Shown here: positions 1-13,514 of the stretch, piece by piece
Layout of the letters: each line of letters begins with the position of its first letter
Position numbering within the stretch: position 1 is the stretch's first letter
Assembly: GCA_964016885.1 (NCBI GenBank)
Contig: OZ024761.1
Span: 7,068,001-7,132,000, forward strand
Direction of reading: 5' to 3'
DNA length: 64,000 nt
DNA from: Eledone cirrhosa
Lineage: Eukaryota
Notes under the pieces: generated by a model
The model's input: only the letters and a program-made list of their open reading frames with translations
Told to the model about the DNA's origin: nothing
The model's database searches: none
Program-made: the position numbers and the translations under genes

Positions 1-3000
1 GTAGTGGTGGTGATGGTGGTGGGTGTCAGTAGTGGCAGTGGTGGTGGGTGTCAGTGGTAGTCGTGGTGATGGTAGTGATGGTGATGGTAGTGGGTGTCAG
101 TAGTGGCAGTGGTGGTGGGTGTCGGTGGTAGTCGTGGTGATGGTAGTGGGTGTCAGTAGTGGCAGTGGTGGTGGGTGTCAGTGGTAGTCGTGGTGATGGT
201 AGTGATGGTGGTGATGGTAGTGGGTGTCAGTAGTGGCAGTGGTGGTGGGTGTCAGTGGTAGTGGTGGTGATGGTAGTGGGTGTCAGTAGTGGCAGTGGTG
301 GTGGGTGTCAGTGGTAGTGGTGGTGATGGTAGTGGGTGTCAGTAGTGGCAGTGGTGGTGGGTGTCGGTGGTAGTCGTGGTGATGGTGGTGGTGGTGATGG
401 TGGTGGGTGTCAGTGGTAGTGGTGGTGATGGTAGTGGGTGTCAGTAGTGGCAGTGGTGGTGGGTGTCGGTGGTAGTCGTGGTGATGGTGGTGGGTGTCAG
501 TGGTAGTGGTGGTGATGGTAGTGGGTGTCAGTAGTGGCAGTGGTGGTGGTGGTGATGGTAGTGGGTGTCAGTAGTGGCAGTGGTGGTGGGTGTCGGTGGT
601 AGTCGTGGTGGGTGTCAGTGGTAGTGGTGGTGATGGTGGTGGGTGTCAGTAGTGGCAGTGGTGGTGGGTGTCAGTGGTAGTCGTGGTGATGGTAGTGGGT
701 GTCAGTAGTGGCAGTGGTGGTGGGTGTCGGTGGTAGTCGTGGTGATGGTGGTGGGTGTCAGTGGTGGTGGTGGTGATGGTGGTGGGTGTCAGTAGTGGCA
801 GTGGTGGTGGGTGTCAGTGGTAGTCGTGGTGATGGTAGTGGGTGTCAGTAGTGGCAGTGGTGGTGGGTGTCGGTGGTAGTCGTGGTGATGGTGGTGGGTG
901 TCAGTGGTAGTGGTGGTGATGGTGGTGGGTGTCAGTAGTGGCAGTGGTGGTGGGTGTCAGTGGTAGTCGTGGTGATGGTGGTGGGTGTCAGTGGTAGTGG
1001 TGGTGATGGTGGTGGGTGTCAGTAGTGGCAGTGGTGGTGGGTGTCAGTGGTAGTCGTGGTGATGGTAGTGGGTGTCAGTAGTGGCAGTGGTGGTGGGTGT
1101 CGGTGGTAGTCGTGGTGATGGTGGTGGGTGTCAGTGGTAGTGGTGGTGATGGTGGTGGGTGTCAGTAGTGGCAGTGGTGGTGGGTGTCAGTGGTAGTCGT
1201 GGTGATGGTAGTGGGTGTCAGTAGTGGCAGTGGTGGTGGGTGTCGGTGGTAGTCGTGGTGATGGTGGTGGGTGTCAGTGGTGGTGGTGGTGATGGTGGTG
1301 GGTGTCAGTAGTGGCAGTGGTGGTGGGTGTCAGTGGTAGTCGTGGTGATGGTAGTGGGTGTCAGTAGTGGCAGTGGTGGTGGGTGTCGGTGGTAGTCGTG
1401 GTGATGGTGGTGGGTGTCAGTGGTAGTGGTGGTGATGGTGGTGGGTGTCAGTAGTGGCAGTGGTGGTGGGTGTCAGTGGTAGTCGTGGTGATGGTAGTGG
1501 GTGTCAGTAGTGGCAGTGGTGGTGGGTGTCGGTGGTAGTGGTGGTGATGGTAGTGATGGTGATGGTAGTGGGTGTCAGTAGTGGCAGTGGTGGTGGGTGT
1601 CGGTGGTAGTCGTGGTGATGGTGGTGGTGGTGATGGTAGTGGGTGTCAGTAGTGGCAGTGGTGGTGGGTGTCAGTGGTAGTCGTGGTGATGGTAGTGGGT
1701 GTCAGTAGTGGCAGTGGTGGTGGGTGTCAGTGGTAGTCGTGGTGATGGTAGTGATGGTGATGGTAGTGGGTGTCAGTAGTGGCAGTGGTGGTGGGTGTCG
1801 GTGGTAGTCGTGGTGGTGGTGGTGATGGTAGTGGGTGTCAGTAGTGGCAGTGGTGGTGGGTGTCAGTGGTAGTCGTGGTTATGGTGGTGGTGGTGATGGT
1901 AGTGGGTGTCAGTAGTGGCAGTGGTGGTGGGTGTCAGTGGTAGTCGTGGTTATGGTGGTGGTGGTGATGGTAGTGGGTGTCAGTAGTGGCAGTGGTGGTG
2001 GGTGTCAGTGGTAGTCGTGGTTATGGTGGTGGTGGTGATGGTAGTGGGTGTCAGTAGTGGCAGTGGTGGTGGGTGTCAGTGGTAGTCGTGGTTATGGTGG
2101 TGGTGGTGATGGTAGTGGGTGTCAGTAGTGGCAGTGGTGGTGGGTGTCGGTGGTAGTCGTGGTGATGGTAGTGGGTGTCAGTAGTGGCAGTGGTGGTGGG
2201 TGTCAGTGGTAGTCGTGGTTATGGTAGTGATGGTGGTGATGGTAGTGGGTGTCAGTAGTGGCAGTGGTGGTGGGTGTCAGTGGTAGTCGTGGTTATGGTG
2301 GTGGTGGTGATGGTAGTGGGTGTCAGTAGTGGCAGTGGTGGTGGGTGTCAGTGGTAGTCGTGGTTATGGTAGTCGTGGTGATGGTAGTGGGTGTCAGTAG
2401 TGGCAGTGGTGGTGGGTGTCGGTGGTAGTCGTGGTGATGGTGGTGGTGGTGATGGTGGTGGGTGTCAGTGGTAGTCGTGGTGATGGTAGTGGGTGTCAGT
2501 AGTGGCAGTGGTGGTGGGTGTCGGTGGTAGTCGTGGTGATGGTAGTGGGTGTCAGTAGTGGCAGTGGTGGTGGGTGTCAGTGGTAGTCGTGGTGATGGTA
2601 GTGATGGTGGTGATGGTAGTGGGTGTCAGTAGTGGCAGTGGTGGTGGGTGTCAGTGGTAGTGGTGGTGATGGTAGTGGGTGTCAGTAGTGGCAGTGGTGG
2701 TGGGTGTCAGTGGTAGTGGTGGTGATGGTAGTGGGTGTCAGTAGTGGCAGTGGTGGTGGGTGTCAGTGGTAGTCGTGGTTATGGTAGTCGTGGTGATGGT
2801 AGTGGGTGTCAGTAGTGGCAGTGGTGGTGGGTGTCGGTGGTAGTCGTGGTGATGGTAGTGGGTGTCAGTAGTGGCAGTGGTGGTGGGTGTCGGTGGTAGT
2901 CGTGGTGATGGTGGTGGTGGTGATGGTGGTGGGTGTCAGTGGTAGTCGTGGTGATGGTAGTGGGTGTCAGTAGTGGCAGTGGTGGTGGGTGTCAGTGGTA

Positions 3001-5380
3001 GTGGTGGTGATGGTGGTGGGTGTCAGTAGTGGCAGTGGTGGTGGGTGTCAGTGGTAGTCGTGGTGATGGTAGTGATGGTGATGGTAGTGGGTGTCAGTAG
3101 TGGCAGTGGTGGTGGGTGTCGGTGGTAGTCGTGGTGATGGTAGTGGGTGTCAGTAGTGGCAGTGGTGGTGGGTGTCAGTGGTAGTCGTGGTGATGGTAGT
3201 GATGGTGGTGATGGTAGTGGGTGTCAGTAGTGGCAGTGGTGGTGGGTGTCAGTGGTAGTGGTGGTGATGGTAGTGGGTGTCAGTAGTGGCAGTGGTGGTG
3301 GGTGTCAGTGGTAGTGGTGGTGATGGTAGTGGGTGTCAGTAGTGGCAGTGGTGGTGGGTGTCGGTGGTAGTCGTGGTGATGGTGGTGGTGGTGATGGTGG
3401 TGGGTGTCAGTGGTAGTGGTGGTGATGGTAGTGGGTGTCAGTAGTGGCAGTGGTGGTGGGTGTCGGTGGTAGTCGTGGTGATGGTGGTGGGTGTCAGTGG
3501 TAGTGGTGGTGATGGTAGTGGGTGTCAGTAGTGGCAGTGGTGGTGGTGGTGATGGTAGTGGGTGTCAGTAGTGGCAGTGGTGGTGGGTGTCGGTGGTAGT
3601 CGTGGTGGGTGTCAGTGGTAGTGGTGGTGATGGTGGTGGGTGTCAGTAGTGGCAGTGGTGGTGGGTGTCAGTGGTAGTCGTGGTGATGGTAGTGGGTGTC
3701 AGTAGTGGCAGTGGTGGTGGGTGTCGGTGGTAGTCGTGGTGATGGTGGTGGGTGTCAGTGGTGGTGGTGGTGATGGTGGTGGGTGTCAGTAGTGGCAGTG
3801 GTGGTGGGTGTCAGTGGTAGTCGTGGTGATGGTAGTGGGTGTCAGTAGTGGCAGTGGTGGTGGGTGTCGGTGGTAGTCGTGGTGATGGTGGTGGGTGTCA
3901 GTGGTAGTGGTGGTGATGGTGGTGGGTGTCAGTAGTGGCAGTGGTGGTGGGTGTCAGTGGTAGTCGTGGTGATGGTGGTGGGTGTCAGTGGTAGTGGTGG
4001 TGATGGTGGTGGGTGTCAGTAGTGGCAGTGGTGGTGGGTGTCAGTGGTAGTCGTGGTGATGGTAGTGGGTGTCAGTAGTGGCAGTGGTGGTGGGTGTCGG
4101 TGGTAGTCGTGGTGATGGTGGTGGGTGTCAGTGGTAGTGGTGGTGATGGTGGTGGGTGTCAGTAGTGGCAGTGGTGGTGGGTGTCAGTGGTAGTCGTGGT
4201 GATGGTAGTGGGTGTCAGTAGTGGCAGTGGTGGTGGGTGTCGGTGGTAGTCGTGGTGATGGTGGTGGGTGTCAGTGGTGGTGGTGGTGATGGTGGTGGGT
4301 GTCAGTAGTGGCAGTGGTGGTGGGTGTCAGTGGTAGTCGTGGTGATGGTAGTGGGTGTCAGTAGTGGCAGTGGTGGTGGGTGTCGGTGGTAGTCGTGGTG
4401 ATGGTGGTGGGTGTCAGTGGTAGTGGTGGTGATGGTGGTGGGTGTCAGTAGTGGCAGTGGTGGTGGGTGTCAGTGGTAGTCGTGGTGATGGTAGTGGGTG
4501 TCAGTAGTGGCAGTGGTGGTGGGTGTCGGTGGTAGTGGTGGTGATGGTAGTGATGGTGATGGTAGTGGGTGTCAGTAGTGGCAGTGGTGGTGGGTGTCGG
4601 TGGTAGTCGTGGTGATGGTGGTGGTGGTGATGGTAGTGGGTGTCAGTAGTGGCAGTGGTGGTGGGTGTCAGTGGTAGTCGTGGTGATGGTAGTGGGTGTC
4701 AGTAGTGGCAGTGGTGGTGGGTGTCAGTGGTAGTCGTGGTGATGGTAGTGATGGTGATGGTAGTGGGTGTCAGTAGTGGCAGTGGTGGTGGGTGTCGGTG
4801 GTAGTCGTGGTGATGGTGGTGGTGGTGATGGTAGTGGGTGTCAGTAGTGGCAGTGGTGGTGGGTGTCAGTGGTAGTCGTGGTTATGGTGGTGGTGGTGAT
4901 GGTAGTGGGTGTCAGTAGTGGCAGTGGTGGTGGGTGTCAGTGGTAGTCGTGGTTATGGTGGTGGTGGTGATGGTAGTGGGTGTCAGTAGTGGCAGTGGTG
5001 GTGGGTGTCAGTGGTAGTCGTGGTTATGGTGGTGGTGGTGATGGTAGTGGGTGTCAGTAGTGGCAGTGGTGGTGGGTGTCAGTGGTAGTCGTGGTTATGG
5101 TGGTGGTGGTGATGGTAGTGGGTGTCAGTAGTGGCAGTGGTGGTGGGTGTCAGTGGTAGTCGTGGTTATGGTGGTGGTGGTGATGGTAGTGGGTGTCAGT
5201 AGTGGCAGTGGTGGTGGGTGTCAGTGGTAGTCGTGGTTATGGTGGTGGTGGTGATGGTAGTGGGTGTCAGTAGTGGCAGTGGTGGTGGGTGTCAGTGGTA
5301 GTCGTGGTTATGGTGGTGGTGGTGATGGTAGTGGGTGTCAGTAGTGGCAGTGGTGGTGGGTGTCAGTGGTAGTCGTGGTT
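1..5380. repeat. G-rich compound minisatellite (modules ggtggtgggtgtcagt, agtggcagt, ggtagtcgtggtgat) with a 2997-bp higher-order duplication; runs off the window start
   Basis: Directly visible; rare variant modules recur at offset 2997 (604 vs 3601). Confidence 0.95.
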
Positions 5381-5513
5381 GCGATTTTTGGTTGGTATTT
5401 CACTTCCTGTGCTCTTTGGGTTCAATTCTTGAGATGGGACCCTAACCCTTTTGATACCAAACTGCCAGAAACCTCCCTTGTAGGCTACAAAACTGTTTGA
5501 TTTAAAGTGTTTA

Positions 5514-6262
5514 TCATCATCATCATTATCATCATTTAACGTCTATCTTCCACGCTAGCATGGGTTAGACTGGAATTGTCCCACTTGAGGCAAGATTGGT
5601 TGGGTGATCGTGTCTCGCTCGTAGAGGACTATCTGGTAGGTTTTCTACGGCTGGATGCCCTTCCTAACACCAACCACATTTACAGTGTGGACTGGGAGTC
5701 TTTTTAACGCATTACCTCCACCACTTTAGTGTGGACTGGGTGCTTTTTTGTCGTGACACCTACACAACTTCATTTATTTTGGACTGGATGTTGTGGTACC
5801 AACATAACTTAACAGAGAGAGGGTGGTGTTGGTGGGAGTGGGAGGATGGAGTAGGGGTAGTGGGTTGGGGTGTATATTGGGTTAAGAGGTGCCTACTGAC
5901 TGTAGGTTTAAGTTTGTACATAGGCAAGGCGGGTCTTCTGTATTACTGTGTAGCTCCAAAGATCTCGGTCCAGTGACATTGTCTTAGAGGGGTGTGTGTG
6001 CAAGGTCAGATTTTATATTGTCCCAGGTTTTGCTGGGTCTACCTACTCCATAACTTCCATCAATTTTGATCGCCCTGCACTTTTTTATACAGCAGTTGTC
6101 TTTCATGCACATCACGTGACCATACCAACGTAATCTTCTCTCAAGTAAACAGCATCTGATCCCTCTTATTCCTAATTTATCACTTAGTTTGTTTGTTTTA
6201 CCGTTTGTGTATATTACTATTACACATTCAGTGGAGCATCCATACTTCCTTCCTTTCCTAAC
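5514..6262 (-). mobile_element. Decayed RTE-clade LINE 3' end plus SINE/LINE-type tail ending in (tga)n
   Basis: Minus strand near 6110-6190 reads KLGIRGIRCCLLERRLRWYGHV (RTE C-terminal RLRWYGHV motif); (atc)n + tttaacgtc tail at 5514-5545. Confidence 0.7.
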
Positions 6263-6892
6263 CTGTTGACTGCTGTGTATATTTTACACGGCTATAGTTG
6301 CTGTGTTGACTGCTGTGTATATTTTACACGGCTATAGTTGCTGTGTTGACTGCTGTGTATATTTTACATGGCTATAGTTGCTGTGTTGACTGCTGTGTAT
6401 ATTTTACATGGCTATAGTTGCTGTGTTGACTGCTGTGTATATTTTACACGGCTATAGTTGCTGTGTTGACTGCTGTGTATATTTTATATGGCTACAGCCG
6501 GTGTGTATATTTTACACGGCTACAGTTGCTGTGTTGACTTCTGTGTATATTTTACATGGCTACAGTTGCTGTGTTGACTTCTGTGTATATTTTACACGGC
6601 TACAGTTGCTGTGTTGACTGCTGTGTATATTTTACATGGCTACAGTTGCTGTGTTGACTGCTGTGTATATTTTACACAACTACAGTTGCTGTGTTGACCG
6701 CTGTGTATATTTTACATGGTTACAGTTGCTGTGTTGACTGCTGTGTATATTTTACACGGCTACAGTTGCTGTGTTGACTGCTGTGTATATTTTACATGGC
6801 TACAGTTACTGTGTTGACCGCTGTGTATATTTTACACAGCTACAGTTGTTGTGTTGACTGCTGTGTATATTTTACACAGTTACAGTTTTGCT
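6263..6892. repeat. 40-bp minisatellite (ctgtgttgactgctgtgtatattttacacggctatagttg), ~15 copies
   Basis: Period 40 visible (6301, 6341, 6381). Confidence 0.95.
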
Positions 6893-7299
6893 GTGCTGGG
6901 TTTTTGACTATTTTTTTAAACAAACATTTATTAACAACACAAGGCTTCAACATCATTGAAACTATATAGAAAAGCAGGAAAATGTCCAGAACACAGTTTT
7001 TACGGTTAGGTTACTTACTAAACAATGATCCACAAACTTTAGAGGCATCTTATCTCTTACCGTTCAAATCACACACATACAATAAGAATAACGAGAAAAA
7101 AAATCTCAAATGATTACCAGGGAAAAAACCCATGCAAAATTTATTTGGTGACCCAATGTCAGTGGTTCCCAACCTTTTGATGACGTCAGTGGTTAACAAC
7201 CTTTTCTGCCCCATGCCCCACCTTAACATCTCAAACATTTTTATGTTCCACTTTGATATAGAAACAGCGTAAAAGTGTAAACAAATTGGCATGTGGGTG

Positions 7300-7702
7300 A
7301 TAACAGGTGTGGAGGAGGTGAGACAGGAGTTTCTGACAGTAATGTGTACCAAAGTTACCTTGGTGTAGATGTCAGATGTACAATAACAGGTGTGGGGGAG
7401 GTGAGACGGGAGTTTCTGACAGTAATGTGTACCAAAGTTGCTTTGGTGTAGATGATGTCAGATGTACAATAACAGGTGTGGGGGAGGTGAGACAGGAGTT
7501 TCTGACAGTAATGTGTACCAAAGTTGCCTTGGTGTAGATGATGTCAGATGTACAATAACATGTGTGGAGAAGGTGAGACGGGAGTTTCTGACAGTAATGT
7601 GTACCAAAGTTACCTTGGTGTAGGTGATGTCAGATGTACAATAACAGGTGTGGGGGAGGTGAGACAGGAGTTTCTGACAGTAATGTGTACCAAAGTTACC
7701 TT
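7300..7702. repeat. ~85-bp tandem repeat, ~4.7 copies
   Basis: ataacaggtgtgg..gaggtgagacaggagtttctgacagtaatgtgtaccaaagtt recurs near 7300, 7384, 7469, 7554, 7641. Confidence 0.9.
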
Positions 7703-7901
7703 ACGGGGTCGATAAAATAAAGTACCAGTAATGCACTGGGAGGTAATTGCTGGCCTTGTGCCTAAAGTAGAAACAATTATTTTAAAAGTTACTTGAAAAA
7801 TGTGTTTCATTAGAATGTTTTAACAAAATGTTTACAGTTTTTACATTCATCTAAACCCTTTCCATTAATCTATAGGTAGTATATTTTATTTAGCCCTAGA
7901 T

Positions 7902-8169
7902 CAGAGGTTCTCAAGCTTTTGCCCCACGGCCATATAATACACTCACCGCCCGCAACCCTATTTCCAGAGAGACACGCAAATTGTAAATAATTTAATAAAT
8001 ACTATGTATAAATAAATATTATATATTATTTGTTTTACTATATTTATGTATGATATGTATCATTTGATATTTAATATAGTATTTTATCATCTCTACCTCT
8101 CCCCCACTGCCCCAGCACCCCCCCCTCCGGACTTCAAGGGGGTGGTAGCGCCCACTTTGAGAACCTCTG
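7902..8169. mobile_element. hAT (Charlie-like) MITE, 268 bp
   Basis: TIRs cagaggttctcaa / ttgagaacctctg; perfect 8-bp TSD ccctagat at 7894-7901 and 8170-8177. Confidence 0.9.
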
Positions 8170-8258
8170 CCCTAGATGATAATGACTTTCATCATCATCA
8201 TGGTATTGATGTTATAGTTGTTATAGATGATGATGATGATGATGATGATATATTTCAG

Positions 8259-8434
8259 CTGCAAAGTCAATTGGAACAACAGAATATTGACCAAAAGAAG
8301 GAATGGGCCCTACAACAGAAGGTTGCACTCCCTGACCTCTATCATGACAGAAACAGACCAAATCTGCGCACCATTAAAACTCATGTCCATGTGGTCAGTG
8401 TGAACTTTGTCGAGGAATGGCGCCGGGCTGTCAA
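8259..8434 (+). CDS. USP48: USP48 internal exon (first visible): LQSQLEQQNIDQKKEWALQQKVALPDLYHDRNRP...FVEEWRRAVK
   Basis: tttcag acceptor, aa|gtaagt donor (phase 0 to 2); resembles vertebrate USP48 QKTSLPNLFQDKNRP...FVEEWRKFVR as recalled. Confidence 0.9.
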
Positions 8435-8452
8435 GTAAGTGTTATTTTGGAT

Positions 8453-8632
8453 TGGCAGTATCGGTAGAGGGTCGGACGCCATGCTTTCCAGCATATTTAC
8501 GTCCCTTTATGATCTGAGTTCAAATCCCGCCGAGGTTGACTTTGCCTTTCATCCTTACGGGGTCGATAAAATAAAGTACCAGTAATGCACTGGGTAATTG
8601 CTGGCCTTGTGCCTAAAGTAGAAACAATTATT
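8453..8632 (+). mobile_element. SINE (family 2) with B-box gagttcaaatcc and conserved body gcctttcatccttacggggtcgataaaataaagtaccag
   Basis: Same body at 7700-7780, 9135-9420 and inverted at 53500-53600 and 53665-53855. Confidence 0.75.
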
Positions 8633-8671
8633 TTTAAGGTTATAAGAAGAATGAATTGGTAGAATCGGTAG

Positions 8672-9128
8672 TCTTCTTCTTCTTCTTCGCCCACATATTC
8701 CTGAGAGGGTCGTGGGGGCAGAGTCCTCAAACACTCCTTCCAGCGGGTCCTGTCAGAAGCAACTGTCTTCAACTGATCCAGCTGGATCCCCAAGCGTCAT
8801 CAGCTAAACTCATGGATGTTATCCAACCATCTTGCTCAGGGTCTACTCCTTGGGTCTCCTGCCAGCTGGTTTCACCTGTAAAATCTGTCCAGCGATTCTT
8901 TCCTTGGACAATCTAACCATATACCCCATAGTATCGGATCTGTGATCTCTCTATTTGCAGAAGTAGTGGCTCTACCTGGAGTGACTCTCTCATCTCCAGG
9001 CTACGCATTTTATCGAGTAATGTTACTCCAAAGACCCTTTGGAGGAACCCCATTTCGGCCGCTTGTATTTGCGATCGTATTCTTTCAGTCATTACCCAAG
9101 ATTCACGACCATAAGTAAGGGTTGGCAT
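8672..9128 (-). mobile_element. 5'-truncated RTE-clade LINE 3' end with (gaa)n tail
   Basis: ORF fragments PTLTYGRESWVM...IQAAEMGFLQRV...IERSQIRYYG and ASDRTRWKECL; (ttc)n at 8672-8688. Confidence 0.85.
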
Positions 9129-9448
9129 GAAAACCGAATCGGTTGAGTGTCAGACAAAATTCTTTACAATATTTAGTTCGGACTTTCTATATTCTGAGTT
9201 CAAATCCTGCCAAGTTCAGCTTTACTTTTCATTCTTCCCTTCCAGGGTTGATAATGTAAAGTACCAGTTACTAACTGGGGTTCATATAATTGATTTCTCC
9301 CTTCCCATAAATGTTCTGAATTCAAATACTCCTGAGGTCAATTTTTGCCTTTTATCCTTCCAGGGTTCATAAAATAAAGTACCAGTAATTTACTGGGGTT
9401 AATGTAATTCCATTTCCTCTCCAAACAAATTGTTGAGGTCTTTCTTAA

Positions 9449-10592
9449 CCCTTTAGCATTTATATTACTCTATTTCTACCTGAATTTGCGACCGACAGAT
9501 AGTATTAGCAATTGGAAAGACCAATGGAAACATTGTTTCCTCGGTCTGATTTGACGAGCTCCACCCCACTCGTGAAGCAAGGATCTTGTCGATTGACTGT
9601 CGAGATTACTCTATATTTACTGTTGTATTTTCACGGTAAAGGCTCTACCTCACATAACATCTACATTACTCTATATTTACTGTTGTATTTTCACGGTAAA
9701 GGCTTTATCTCACATAACATCTACATTACTCTATATATACTATTGTATTTTCACGGTAAAGGCTTTACCTCACATAACATCTACATTACTCTATATTTAC
9801 TGTTGTATTTTCACGGTAAAGGCTTTACCTCACATAACATCTACATTACTCTATATTTACTGTTGTATTTTCACGGTAAAGTCTTTATCTCACATAACAT
9901 CTACATTACTCTATATTTACTGTTGTATTTTCACGGTAAAGTCTTTATCTCACATAACATCTACATTACTCTATATTTACTGTTGTATTTTCACGGTAAA
10001 GGCTTTACCTCACATAACATCTACATTACTCTATATTTACTGTTGTATTTTCACGGTAAAGTCTTTACCTCACATTACTCTATATTTACTGTTGTATTTT
10101 CACGGTAAAGGCTTTATCTCACATAACATCTACATTACTCTATATTTACTGTTGTATTTTCACGGTAAAGGCTTTACCTCACATAACATCTACATTACTC
10201 TATATTTACTGTTGTATTTTCACGGTAAAGGCTTTATCTCACATAACATCTACATTACTCTATATTTACTGTTGTATTTTCACGGTAAAGGCTTTACCTC
10301 ACATAACATCTATATTACTCTATATTTACTGTTGTATTTTCACGGTAAAGGCTTTACCTCACATAACACCTACATTACTCTATATTTACTGTTGTATTTT
10401 CACGGCAAAGGCTTTATCTCACATAACATCTACATTACTCTATATTTACTGTTGTATTTTCACGGTAAAGGCTTTATCTCACATAGTATCGAATCTATGA
10501 GATTTTGTTATTTATTTTGAGAACAATACCTTAACATCAGTATGCGTGGCCAGTTACAGCTGGTTTGAACAGAAAGATATGGCTGGTTTATA
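9449..10592 (+). mobile_element. piggyBac-like MITE containing a 60-bp minisatellite (9605-10484, ~14.5 copies)
   Basis: ttaa|ccctttagcattta left end at 9445; body after the array matches copies ending taaatgctaaaggg|ttaa; right end decayed here. Confidence 0.75.
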
Positions 10593-10842
10593 TGTTTATT
10601 TCAGGTGTTTGTGTTCTGATTTCAAATCTTTCTCAAATCAACTTTGCCTTTTATCCTTTCAGGAAGAGAAAGTACTAATCAGGTCTATAAATTTGGGCGA
10701 CTTATATCCATCTGTCATACAATGTGTGTGTGTGTGTGTGTGTGTAAAAGGAAGGAAGGGGATGGGGAAAAAACTATAGCAAAACAGTGGCTGGCATTCC
10801 ATTTATGCTGTGTATGTGTTTGTGTGAATATATGTGTGAGTT

Positions 10843-11155
10843 GCGTGGCTTTGTGGTTAGGGAATTTGGTTCAGGATTGTATGGTTATGAGTTCGATTCC
10901 TGGTGGCACACTGTGTCCTTGAGCAAGACACTTTATTTCACATTGCTCCAGTTCACTCAGTTGGCAAAAACGAGTTGTACCTGTAATTCGAAAGGCCAGC
11001 CTTGTCACATTCTGTGTCACGCCGAATCTCCCTGAGAACTATGTTATGGGTACGCATTTTTGTGGAATGCTCAGTCATTTGCACGTTAATTTCCTGAGCA
11101 GGCTGTTCCGTTTATTGGATCAACTGGAACTCTCGTCGTAACCGACAGACTGCCT
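10843..11155 (+). mobile_element. tRNA-derived CORE-type SINE
   Basis: A-box tggctttgtgg, B-box gagttcgattcc, CORE-like gtgtccttgagcaagacactt. Confidence 0.8.
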
Positions 11156-11253
11156 TCCATTTCTGTGAGAGTGTATTTTTGTAAGGTTGTCTGAGTTTGT
11201 GTGTTTATATTTATATACTCATACATATAAATGTATCCATACGCATGCACGCG

Positions 11254-11284
<31 letters not shown>

Positions 11285-11544
11285 ATACACGTGTCAGTGT
11301 GTTGAAAAAAATTGTAGTATTAAAAAAGTGTAAAGTCTGTGTGAAGCGGTGAGGGTCATCAGGCCAGTACTTACTCTGGTTTCTGTGGCATGAAGCACTG
11401 AAAGTACAAGACTTCCCCCTGGATAGGACACCAGTCCATTGTAGAATTGTTACAACACTTTCTAACATTTGTTCCACTTCTTTATGGTCTCAGTTAAATG
11501 TTGACTTTACTAAGGCTTTTTTTTTGTGAGATTTTTTTCTCACC

Positions 11545-11995
11545 CCCCTCCCCTCCTCCTCCCTTTATAGTTACCCCCCCCCCCCCCCCTCTATTCCCTC
11601 TCTAATCCCTCCTCCTCCTCTATTGTTCCTTCTCTAACCCCCCTCCTCGATTCCCTCTCTAACCTCCCTCCTCTATTGTTCCCTCTCTAACCTCCCTCCT
11701 CTATTGTTCCCTCTAAACCCCCTCCTCTATTGTTTCCTCTAACCCCTCTCCTCTATTGTTCCCTCTCTAACCTCTCCCCTCTATTGTTCCCTCTCTAACC
11801 CCTCCCCTCTATTGTTCCCTCTCTAACCCCCTCCTCTCTATTATGTTCCCTCTCTAAGCCCCCTCTCTAACCCCCCCTCTCTAAGCCCCCTCTCTAACCC
11901 CTCCTCTCTATTATGTTCCCTCTCTAGTCCTTCCTCCTTCTCTCTACTATTTATATTCCTCCCCCTCCATATTCCACTTCTATTCCATCTCTCTC
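11545..11995. repeat. Polypyrimidine minisatellite (cctcctctattgttccctctctaacc variants)
   Basis: Directly visible, just upstream of an acceptor. Confidence 0.85.
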
Positions 11996-12033
11996 TCATA
12001 TTCTACCTGTCCCCTTATCTCCCCCTATTTCAG

Positions 12034-12147
12034 GGATCCAATAAGACGTAGTCCAGTGACCACAGTCAGAAACTCTGCCCTCATCTGTGTCCATGGTGGA
12101 ATGTTATATGAACCTGACCTTAATGCGCTAACACTCGCTTCCCAATG
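12034..12147 (+). CDS. USP48: USP48 exon: DPIRRSPVTTVRNSALICVHGGMLYEPDLNALTLASQ
   Basis: tttcag acceptor, tg|gtatgt donor, phase 2/2; resembles SPVSSVGNSALLCPHGGLM of vertebrate USP48. Confidence 0.9.
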
Positions 12148-12183
12148 GTATGTAACACCTTGCTTTCTTCACTCACATTTACA

Positions 12184-12524
12184 ATCATCATCATCATCAT
12201 CATTTTACGTCTGCTTTTCCCTGCTTGCAAGGGTGGGACGGGAACTGATTCTGGCTTGATTTCTACAGCTGGATGCCCTTCCTAACACCAACCTCATTTA
12301 CAGTGAGTGCTGGGTGCTTTTTTTGCCGTGGCACCTCCACGACCACTTTGCAGTGGAATGATAGGGACCCCAGTCCTATCATCTCATTTCTACAGCTGAG
12401 TAAACTGGAGCAATGTGAAATAAAGTGTCTTGCTCAAGGAAACAACACATCACCCGGTCTGAGAATTGAACTCACAACCTTTCGATTGCAAGGCCAATGC
12501 TGTAACCACTAAGCCATGTGCCTC
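12184..12524 (-). mobile_element. Full-length tRNA/CORE SINE with (tga)n tail, copy 1
   Basis: Minus strand ggcacatggcttagtgg (A box), gagttcaattc (B box), ccttgagcaagacactt (CORE-like); near-identical to 26587-26930 and 28273-28566. Confidence 0.88.
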
Positions 12525-12530
12525 ACACAA

Positions 12531-12561
<31 letters not shown>

Positions 12562-12596
12562 TATATATACACACACAAATATATATATATATACAC

Positions 12597-12635
<39 letters not shown>

Positions 12636-12949
12636 CATATATCATCATCATTATCATCATCATCGTCTAACGTCCATATTCCACGTTTGCATGGGTTTGG
12701 ACGGGAGTTTTCCCACTTGAGGCAAGATTGGTTGTCTTGCTCAGGACTGTCTGGCGGGTTTTCTACGGCTGGATGCCCTTTCTAATACCAACCACGTTTA
12801 CAGTGTGGGGCTGGGAGGTTTTTACCGTGTTACCTACACAGCCACATTACAGCGTGGACTGTGTGTTTTTTTTGTCGTGACACCTACACGACCTCATTTG
12901 TTTCAGACTGGATGTTGTGGTAAATATACACACATATATATATATATAT

Positions 12950-12992
<43 letters not shown>

Positions 12993-13001
12993 TATATATA
13001 T

Positions 13002-13080
<79 letters not shown>

Positions 13081-13102
13081 TATATATATATATACACACA
13101 CA

Positions 13103-13138
<36 letters not shown>

Positions 13139-13157
13139 CACACAGATATATATATAT

Positions 13158-13198
<41 letters not shown>

Positions 13199-13211
13199 TA
13201 TTTATATATAT

Positions 13212-13254
<43 letters not shown>

Positions 13255-13274
13255 TATATGCATATATATATATA

Positions 13275-13308
<34 letters not shown>

Positions 13309-13328
13309 TATATGCATATATATATATA

Positions 13329-13362
<34 letters not shown>

Positions 13363-13381
13363 TATATGCATATATATATAT

Positions 13382-13420
<39 letters not shown>

Positions 13421-13433
13421 TATATATATATAT

Positions 13434-13513
<80 letters not shown>

Positions 13514-13514
13514 G

